A program made the translations under genes and the position numbers. A model generated the notes under the pieces. That model did no database searches and was not told the origin of the DNA. It saw nothing but the letters and a program-made list of their open reading frames with translations. Positions 22,060 through 31,661 of a stretch of DNA of 42,313 bases are shown here, in pieces (the stretch's first letter is position 1; each line of letters begins with the position of its first letter). Source of the stretch: Dimargaris cristalligena (Eukaryota); the NCBI GenBank assembly GCA_003614675.1, contig ML002318.1:1-42313 (forward strand), read 5' to 3'.

Positions 22060-23668
22060 TTAATGAAGGCGGGGGATATACCCGGGTCTCTACTTCTTCA
22101 AAATAGAACCAAGCTGCTTTTAGCACACTGGGTACATTGCATTTCTATAAAGGCTTTACCATCTTTCCCATCATTTATATATTGTTCTGAGCCCATTTTC
22201 CACAAAATCGGAATAAGAATAACCGCCTATACATTGATTTACCCGAACCTGTGATTTTTGAAAGCGAAGCTGCTCCTTTTTTGTTACTTTACTTTACCCT
22301 ACTTTACCTGGCCATCACGATTATGATAAATTAAGACACATGTCACATTCAAATGACCTTAATTTATGCTAGTTATTCCTTTTATATAAAACCTACATTC
22401 GTATTGGTATATATAATAGTAGATTTGCGATAGACTTGGCCTAATGAAGTATAATGTAGTCCATGTAGGTAGGCCTACCTATTTATAGTATATGGCATTG
22501 GAGAGATCAATATTGTTCCGCCTCCTCATGATTTAACACTGCTTGCCATAGCAACCAAGCGGAAACTGGGTTTTACTGCGATTTGAGACCCGGGGAGAGT
22601 GCAACGTTAACAGTTTGGATGGCAGGTATCTCGATCATTGCGGAGGTATCAGGTTAGAAGGTACGCATCAAGAAATGCATTTGAAGATAAAATAAAGGAT
22701 ACGGAAGAGGCTCAGCCAGGCTGCATCACGATAAATCCATCGGACGAGGTATACACTGCTGGTCTCAATTATGATTATCTCGTTCATTTTTTCCCATATA
22801 CAAAGGACACACATAGCATTTAAAACCTATTACGGCCGGGCCGAGGTTCACTCATATTAAAGAGTAAGTCCAATCATGAAAAATCGTAAGCCCAGAGACG
22901 TAATATAATAGGCATTCTCGGTCACTTTAGCACCCCCTCCCCTTTGTACAGCTAATGTCGGATAGTTTAAAATCAACCATACCATAAATATTAACGGTTG
23001 GTCGATTACGTTATAATAGCTAGTTCAGTGTATTTTCCCCTAATTTGTGACCGTGGCAAATGGTTTAATTCCTTCATTTCATCAAGAATTTCGAACTTGC
23101 TCATAGCTGTGTATTGGCACTCTCCTAAACGCTTTTTCGCGCGTTTTTGCCTATTTGGGAATTGTATTCCTAGGACATTCTCTATTTAATAATACTAGAT
23201 GTATGAGTACCATTGACAATTATCTTCCTGTTCGAATAAATCTAAGAGAGTAACTGACTCACCTTATGTATATAGGCAGTTTGGTGCTTCACATTGAGAC
23301 ATGGTTTATATAGCTTATATTTTCAGTATTACTGTATTGGCATTTGATGTCCCAAGGCACCCGTGGCATAATGTATTGGGCTTGATCAGCCCAGGCCCGA
23401 TATCGAGTGCTTCGCTGTCTGGCTACAATTGTAAGCTAACTTTAAACCAATGCATTGGATTTTCAATTTATCTGGAATTTTCCGCATCGTTGGAGAATAT
23501 TCGCACCCCCGACTGCTGACACAAATGTACTACTGAATTGAGGGCTCCATTGAGGGTTTTGGTAGTCTTCCCAAACTACCCCTCAAATCAAGTACAGTTG
23601 TATACCTTATTAACCAGATATGATGGAGCTTGGGACTATCCCCTGTCACAGAAGTACTAAATATAGTT

Positions 23669-23678
23669 ATCACGTGAC
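23669..23678. promoter_or_regulatory. Palindromic E-box/Cbf1-type site ATCACGTGAC about 415 bp upstream of UTP14
   Basis: Matches RTCACGTG on both strands. Confidence 0.35.
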
Positions 23679-24092
23679 TTGTTTTCCCTATAATTTTTGT
23701 CTTTTTTTTTCTCACTGCAAGCCCATACCAACTGGTAATGTTCATTTTAATTGATTTACCTTTTTTTGTGGTATCTGGATGGTCTACGCTGGCTGTAAAT
23801 TTAAACATTCGCTGGTGTAAACTATACGACTCAAGTAAAACTATTCGAGACCTTCACTCGCCCAAGCACCCTAAAGTAACAAAGAACCCGGGCCCATCGT
23901 CACTCACCGATTCCGATACTTGCCTCCGTGAACCAACTCCCCTGCATTCCCATTGAGAATTGCACCAAGGACACGACTTTATATGAATTCCTCCTTCTCC
24001 ATCACATTGATTTAAATTCCTTAAATATTTTTCGTTGCACTACTACCAGTAGCCACCTGAATTCACTCTCGCCCTACCCATTTATATAGAGC

Positions 24093-27000
24093 ATGCCTAT
24101 TCATGTCCAAGGCTCGGGGCCTCCCTCGGCCCGGTCCAAGTCCAAGGCCAAGGCCCGTTCGGGGAAGAAGGACGGCAGACCTCCTACTAGTCGGCGCCGA
24201 ACGGGTGCCCCCAAGGGTATTCCGGGCACCCAGTTCCACGGCTTCAAGCCCAATGAACCCCGTCGGAATCGTACCGTCCTAAATCCGCAGGACCTCGAAA
24301 CGACCAACCCCTTGGAAGTATTTGAATTATCCGATGACGGGGCCACCGACTCAGTGGCCACTACCCCGGCGCTCCGCCGGCTCCAGAAACGGCACGACAA
24401 AGACGACGAAGACATCGATAGTGACGATGCCTTTGGGGCAAGTGATGAAGAGACCTTCGCCGGATTCAAATTCGGCAAAGCGGCGGCTCTCCCCAAGGCC
24501 CCGCCGAAATCCAGTCGGAAATCGACGGACTGGGACTCCATGGACGAAAATAGTGACAGTGACGACGGGAACTATATTACGGCCCTGGATATGATGGACG
24601 AGAACATGAACGGCGACGGTGGCGATGATGACCATGAGGTGCGGAATATTGGTACCAAGTCCCTGAGCTCGATCGTGAAGGGCCTGGATTCCCATCGGAA
24701 ACAGGGTCCGGTCATTGAGGAAATGACCTCGGCATACCAGGAGTCGGAGTATAATATCCATCGCCAATTAGGCACCAACGGTAAGTTAAGGTTGGCCATT
24801 ATGTAGAAAATGTGGATCGCCCTTGGATAATAATGATATTCTCCGATAGAATAGGGTATTCAAAATGAATGACAACTGCTTATTTTCACTCACTTGATGA
24901 CCACCCTTTTTACTTCTCCCTTTCTCGTATGAATGACTGCATCCACCCAACCAGAGGCCGAACACCAACTCAATTTCAACGACCTGGTGTCCGGTTTGAA
25001 TGACGTGCCTGAACTCGAAGGGGTTTTTGACCAGGCGCAAACCTACCAAGCCGATGTGGCCAGACGCGCCGTCCCCACCGTTGCCGAACCTTTGCACCAA
25101 CGCCTCTCGGGAAAGATCAGCCGCACCGTCGCATTCAAAAAAACCAGCGGCATCATCAATTCCTGGACGCAGGTGACGGAACGTATGCGGGACGCGGACC
25201 AGATCCAGTTCCCCCTTCGTCAAGAGGGTCCCCAGGATAAGGCTGCGCGGGTCTCCGTGGCCACGGACCTCGTGGGCACCAACGCCATGGAAAAGAGCAT
25301 CGAAGCCACTCTGGAGCAGGCCGGCCACTCCGAACGCCAAATCCGTCTAGGCCAACAGCTGCCCATCAATAAATTGGATGCGCTGCAGGTTAAATCGCAA
25401 TACGAGCAGCGCCTCCTAATGCGGGAGTTGCTGCACCGTAACGAAGTCAAGGCCCGCCGGGTCGCTAAAATTAAGAGTAAAACCTACCGGCGTATTCATC
25501 GTAAACACCTCGAGCGGTCGATGGCGGACGGTGAACCCGTCGGACTCGCCGCTGATGAGCCTGTTCCCGTTGGCGATACCCAGGAGGATGCCCTCCGGGC
25601 GGAAATCGAGCGGGCCCGGGAGCGCATGTCCCTTCGGCATAAGAATACGGGTAAATGGGCTCGGTCTATCCATAAGGCAGGCCGAGTCGATGATGTGGTA
25701 AGGAACAAATTCATTAATTTATATGGTTATAGCTTCGGTCCGTTTACTTGGTGTGGGATATGTTTTTAACCCAGATTTAGGCTGATTTCGGTATCGGCAT
25801 CGGGCCGGCTCGGTTCTTTATCGGATTTTGATATGGGCCATCTCAAGTATTAATCACCCGCGCGCATTCGTTCTAATCCATTTATATATACTACCCATTT
25901 GGCATGCATCGCTTATTCCTCCGTATCACTTCCATCCATATAGACCCGCCAAGCCATTATGGACCAGATGAACACCCACGCCCGCCTAAAGCGCCGTATC
26001 CAGGGCGATCGGTCGGAAAACGAAAGTTCGGATGACGAAACCAGCCATATTGAGAGTCGCTGGAACGACGACGAGACCGCCCACAAGATTGCCATGAAGG
26101 CCTTGGACAAATTGGCGGGCCGTAGCCGACCCGGTGCCCTCGCTGAAGCGGACGGTGCTGACGATGGGGAGGCAGCGGGAAATCCTTCCCTCTCGAAGGG
26201 CATCTTCGCCATGAAATTCATGCAAAAGTCGCTCCAGGAGGAGTTTGACGAGACCGAGCGTGAACTGCAGGCCGTCCGGGAGGAACTCGCCATGCTCGCC
26301 CAGAAACGGGCCGAAAGTGACGAGGAAGACCGGGAATTGGGCCTTGCCCCGGCGCCGTCAAATATGCGACCGGCACCCGTGGAAACGTCAGACGGTTTAA
26401 GCAACCCCGGCCGCCGGACTTTCCTGGCTAAAGAGACCGACCTAACAAAGTCGGGCAACTCTACTACCCGGACGAAGGCTCAGTCGGGTGGGCGTCATAA
26501 TCATAATAATGATGATGATATTTACGAATCCTTGGTTGGTGCAGCTACGCTTAGCTCGGGCGCTGCTAACCGAGGCTTCTCCGGAGTGGCCGACGAAAGT
26601 GCCACGGTTACCACGGCGCAGGGAATCACCGCTAAGCACCTGAACCCAATGGGACTCGTTCGGACATCGACGGGTCACACTACCAAACTGACGGCCCCTC
26701 TCTCTGTCAGCAAGTCCAAGCGCCCGGCCCAACGCTACATGGATGTGTTGGCCACCGAAGCTAGCCCCAAAGCAACCCCCTCCGGGAAAATTAGTCAGGC
26801 TTCTAACAGTACCTCTTCGAATACCGCCGAACCGGCTAACCCCTGGCTCGATACCGATATCACCGGCGACAAACCCCGCAGTGCCAAGACCGCTCTGTCC
26901 AAGTCAGAGCAGCAGGCCGAGCGTTTGGTCAGCCGCTTGGCGGCCCTCAAACAAGCTACCGGTACCCGCTCGGGCCCATCCGCCCACGAAGGTCAAGTGG

Positions 27001-28350
27001 AGCTTTCCCTAGATGGACTATCTAGCGGCACCGCCCCACCTTCCGTACAACCCGTTACCGAAACTCGCCGGTTCACAAGTCAGTCGTCGAATTGGACGGC
27101 GGGCAATACGGGTAATGGAGAAACTCCCTCACCACTGGTCAAGCACGATGCCTCGGTCGCCTTAGTAAAGGGTGCCACAGCGGCCCCTGTGCCTGTAAAA
27201 ACCACTAGCGTGGCTCAGTCTGTTTCAAAGGGTGCAACCACCCACTCCGTACCCTCAACGGGGGGTAAATCTGCGCTCAATTCTGCGGTAGCTTCGGATC
27301 GACCGGCCCGACCCATACCGACCGCGGCCTTTGCCCCGGGCACGGTGGATGCTGACCTCACAACCGCGGACGTGACCCTCGAGAGCCAACCTGCCCCGGA
27401 GCCGAAGAGCAAGAAGTCCAAGAAGAATAAGAAGAATAACGATACTACCTCGAAGGCCTCGACCAACGGGGGTAGTGATGCTGATGATCACAGCGACGGT
27501 GACGACGACAACGACGAGTTGAGTCAGAAACCCTCTAAAACACCCGCGGTAGTGGCCATTCCCGGTTCCCGGAATAAGCAGATTAAGTTTGACCAGAAAG
27601 ACCTGGTCGCCATGGCGTTTGCGGATGATAATATTGTGGCGGATTTCGAACGCGAGAAGGCCGACGAAGAGCAATCAGACCTTGACCAATCCCAGGAAGA
27701 ACCGTCGCTTCCGGGTTGGGGCTCGTGGTCGGGTGCTGCCGCTGGCTCCAAGTCCGGCAAGGCCAAGAAGAAGGCCCCCAAAGCCGCTAAGGCTAAACGG
27801 GCGGCCCCCACCCCCACTCCTGCTAAACCGGCGAAGAAAGCGAAGCTATTCGAGCTCCGGAATGTGATTGTTTATAACCGTGATAACCCATCGGTAAGAC
27901 TATTTGCAGCTGTTATATTATATTGGGAGCGTTTATTATATTTACATCTCTGCATATCTTTATAGACATGCGTGGATGCGTTAACTTTGCAGATCCCGAC
28001 GCGATGCTCTGCTTATTTGCTGGAATTTACCATAGCCTGTACACCACCCTATCATAAAGATAGTCTCTAGACCACAATTGTACTAATTCTTCTTTGTGAA
28101 TTGCATTATTGTAAATACGACTGATTGATCACCCCAACTCTAGGCAAGCAAATATACTGCGACCAAGCTGCCAAAGAAGACAGACCCAGCCATTTATGAA
28201 GATAGTCTGCGGTTACCGCTCGGCAAACAGTGGAATGCCCTCAAGGTGTTCGATAAACACACCACTCCCCGCATCACCACCGTTCCAGGCAAGATTATTC
28301 ACCCAGTGAGCAAGACTGACCAGTTTGGTAAAAAACCCAGATCCAAATAG
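24093..28350 (+). CDS. UTP14: U3 snoRNA-associated SSU processome protein Utp14 (~1195 aa); exons 24093-24780, 24955-25697, 25944-27893, 28144-28350
   Basis: Motifs RELLHRNEVKARRVAKIKSKTYRRIHRK, RARERMSLRHKNTGKWA, KGIFAMKFM, NPWL, AFADDNIVADFEREK and LPGWGSWSG. The last exon YEDSLRLPLGKQWN...PRITTVPGKIIHP is absent from the ORF track. Three GT-AG introns (GTAAGT..CAG, GTAAGG..TAG, GTAAGA..TAG) restore the frame exactly. Confidence 0.93.
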
Positions 28351-28909
28351 ATTGGCCGGGGCTATGGTCATGGGCCTGAAGGGTGATTTCTCTCAAGTGG
28401 ACTTATGATAGAACCCCCAACCACGAGATGTCTGTTTAAATTGGCCTATTAAAAACTATCCTGGGTCAGTTTGACTGTCATTATCATTATTATTACTATT
28501 ACTATTATTTATCTACAAAATCAATTAAATATACCTTCGAGGGATCAAAGTTCTGATAATAAAATAGTATTTTTTGCGCTGAATCTGCCTATAGCGCTAA
28601 GTCTGCCTGATGCGAAGATTTGTCTCTGGCATATCAAATTCATATGGATGAAGTTCAAACCAGCTGTATAAGGTTTTACATAATACATGTATGGACTAAT
28701 ATCTGTGAGAATAGCTTTTAACCAGCAATATGGCCTCATCCAATGGATGTTTCATTATACAGCCTGAATGAACTTCTCCCATATTATCAGCATGTAATCT
28801 ATACAGTTGTTGAAAGGCCAGGTCGACAGCTCTCAACGTGAGACATTTCCTCACGCTCACTCATAGGCAAAATAGCATGCCTATATTTTAAATCGGCTAG
28901 CAGGCCCTG

Positions 28910-28938
28910 GTCACGTGGTTATTAGTGCAGCACGTGAT
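28910..28938. promoter_or_regulatory. Inverted pair of Cbf1/E-box sites upstream of RPS11
   Basis: GTCACGTG (28910-28917) and CACGTGAT (28931-28938, which is ATCACGTG on the minus strand). Confidence 0.45.
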
Positions 28939-29529
28939 TATTTCGAAAGGGAGAAAATATTATTGTGGGTAGATAGAGAGCGAAAAGCGGAGGAGAGACA
29001 GACGGTCAAAATTTACCCCGCCCACTCCGAATAATCACCCACCCATTATGACACCTATACCTATTTAGTTTCGGAGAGAGAGGTGGCGTGTAATAGGTGG
29101 AGTAATGAATGTATGTCTCAGTGCATTACCCCCTATAGTAGTAGTAGGGATGGGAATATTATCTACGGGGCCATGGGCGGAAAATGGCGAAAGCGTACCA
29201 TTGCTTCCCGCACCAGTAATAATGTGTGTATAATGGATGAATGTCCTTTTCCCCACCCACACTTGGACCGAAAAAAATTATAGGTGGATGGAAAAAAAAG
29301 GGCGGCTGGGCCAGGATTAGGGGGAGAAGGTGCTGTTGTAGGTGTGTGTGGTGGAGTGGATTTTGGGTCGGTGTATGCGAAAGTGGGTGGTGGGTTCACC
29401 ATATGAAAAATATGGTTCTCCGGCCCAGCCCCGATCCCTCCTTTTTCCTCCCTTTACCGTTAAACTGCTTAGGATCTTGTCGATTCCTCAGTCCACTCTC
29501 TTACTTTCGGTATTAATCCCCTTGGCTTA

Positions 29530-29538
29530 TAACCCTAA
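29530..29538 (+). promoter_or_regulatory. Telomere-like box TAACCCTAA just upstream of the RPS11 ATG
   Basis: Matches the telo-box/Tbf1-type motif, 18 nt before ATG 29557. Confidence 0.35.
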
Positions 29539-29556
29539 GCATCCTCCAAACTCATC

Positions 29557-30544
29557 ATGTCGGAACAAGTAAGTGGCCAGTGACCCCCGTTTCCCTCCCA
29601 TACCACATACCCCGCCACGCTTCTCATCTACTTTGGTGAGATCAACCGTACAATACAACGGCATATAAATATACCCCTAAGAATCGGGTTCACAAAAGGA
29701 ATTCCACCCCCCGATCAGCCCCCACCGGGCGATCTACTCGGCGATTGCCGTGGCTGTATGATTCTCAACCGACGATCATCCTCGGCCTGCGATCGTAATC
29801 TAGGAAGCTACGGCGAGTAGATCTAACGGGCTTGATTGACTGGGCCCCTTTCTGATCCTTCTGCTTGACGATCTATTCAACCTGGCTACCGCTTGGACCA
29901 ACTCAGCTGGGTATATTGATAGATCCTGGACGAACCCGAACGTATCCCTCGACGATCGTGCCTATTTCCCCCAAACTGACTTGTCCTTCGGACGGCCCTT
30001 TTCTAACTCTCTTTTTACCCATGGTCTACTATCATACCACCTTCCCTGCTACACCCCTCCACCACCACCTCTTATTTCCGCCCTCACCCAGACTGAGAAG
30101 GCCTTCCAGAAGCAGCCTACTGTCTTCTTGAACTCCAAGGTTGCCACCAAGAAGAGCAAGAACCTTCGTTGGTACAAGGACGTTGGTCTGGGTTTCGCCA
30201 CCCCCAAGGAGGCCGTCGAAGGTACCTACATTGACAAGAAATGTCCCTTCACCGGTAACGTGTCGATCCGCGGTCGTATCTTGACTGGTACCGTCATGTC
30301 CACCAAGATGAACCGCACCGTGATTGTCCGTCGTGACTACCTGCACTACATCTCCAAGTACAACCGTTACGAGAAGCGTCATAAGAACGTCGCCGCCCAT
30401 ATGTCCCCCTGCTTCGTGGGTGTGGCCGTCGGTGACTCCGTCACTATTGGCGAATGCCGCCCTCTGTCCAAGACCGTACGGTTCAACGTCCTCAAGGTCA
30501 CCAAGGCTAAGGTCAAGGCCGCCAAGCAGTTCGTCAAGTTCTAA
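29557..30544 (+). CDS. RPS11: 40S ribosomal protein S11 (uS17), 154 aa; exons 29557-29568 and 30092-30544
   Basis: Exon 1 is ATG TCG GAA CAA then GTAAGT, and exon 2 follows CAG, giving [12 protein letters not shown]...[19 protein letters not shown]...RYEKRHKN...[13 protein letters not shown]. Confidence 0.97.
29569..30091 (+). other. 523-nt spliceosomal intron of RPS11
   Basis: GTAAGT donor, CTAAC branch-like motif at 30003-30007, long pyrimidine-rich tract and CAG acceptor. Confidence 0.9.
29684..29939 (+). ncRNA. Putative structured intronic RNA element (closing stem plus two long hairpins)
   Basis: Complementary blocks: 29684-29691/29932-29939, 29712-29721/29828-29838, 29731-29739/29815-29823, 29747-29755/29806-29814, 29772-29777/29791-29796, 29870-29876/29919-29925, 29881-29887/29905-29911. 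Confidence 0.55.
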
Positions 30545-31661
30545 GTGTCGTGTGTGTGTATGGTTTGTATTTCTCCGAATTCCCCTTCCCTATACCTCAC
30601 CCCCACCACCACTACTGCCATCCCATCCCCCTTTGGCCGTCGGTTAAAACCCCGGGGGGCTTTGTTGTATCCCACTATCCCCTCCCGTCGGCTACCCTTC
30701 GTTATATACGCCGTTTTCGAATAAACATCCCCCTTATCTTCTACCTGCTGTTAGCTATGCCGTTGACGGTGTCCTCTGGATTTTGTTGCCTTACTTCTTG
30801 AGGTCACCGGTATTAATTACATTTCAAACTATTATGATAGTAGAATGTACTGACTGTTTAACGGTCATGAACTATGCTGAGGTTGAACGAGCACTCGCTG
30901 AGATTGGTGTTTGGGAGATTTACCCGCAAGGTGGGCTAACAACAATAAGGGGGACTGAGTTAGCGAGTAATGGTGGCATACTCGCCTCGAATAATTCACC
31001 TCTCAAAGGGAGATGGAATTTACATTAATCTAATACGCCCTTTGCTAAGAAATTTATTACCAATCCCCATTATTGAGATGTCATCACTCACTGCCCTTAT
31101 ATACATGGAGAACCGTGGAGGGTCAGCTTGATATGGCCCCAGGTATATAGTGTTACTATGCTGTGTAAAATAGGGAAAGGTGCCGAGTTCTAGCAAACAT
31201 AGCTTGAGCCAATTTTACCCAACTGACGCAACTTTGGCAAACAAGATGACTTGGAGACAGGATATGGCCTAAACGAATAGAAACCCGGGGTAGGAAGTTT
31301 AGGCTCATAATAGCCTTAGTTTGAATCTTTGGCTCGCTACAGTACACCTCTTCCCTATTCTCTCGGCAATGTCTTGTGAACAAGTTTCCAATGAGTGCGG
31401 ATTATAGGTCGAATAAATTCAGGGCGTTTCAATACCAGTGTCAGGACTACGAGAAAAAAAAACACTTCACACACATACATAAATATACAGTCCTGATTAT
31501 AAAGTAAGGATGCTTGTTTAATGAATAAGGGTTGCGCCTAGTTAATATCTCTGGGTCAATCTATCGAGTACTTCTTAAAGACAATAATACTATGAAAAAG
31601 CATCTAATAAAACCTCGATTCGATAATAATAGGAATGATAATGATAACCTAAAAGATTTCT

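Noticed and set aside
24093-27965. Three separate ORFs (237, 278 and 668 aa)
   Set aside because: They are exons of one UTP14 gene joined by canonical GT-AG introns, not frameshifts or separate genes.
28478-28510. (ATT/ATC/ACT)n tract; likewise (AT)n at ~38591, poly-C at 2291 and poly-G at ~39983
   Set aside because: Ordinary microsatellites and homopolymers.
29684-29985. Canonical snoRNA in the RPS11 intron
   Set aside because: There is no ANANNA hinge or terminal ACA after the hairpins, and no good RUGAUGA C box (only AUGAUU, with CUGA at ~29852). Kept only as an unclassified structure.
29981-30091. N-terminal extension of the 187-aa RPS11 ORF in the track
   Set aside because: It is the intron's pyrimidine tract. 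The true start is the 12-nt exon at 29557.
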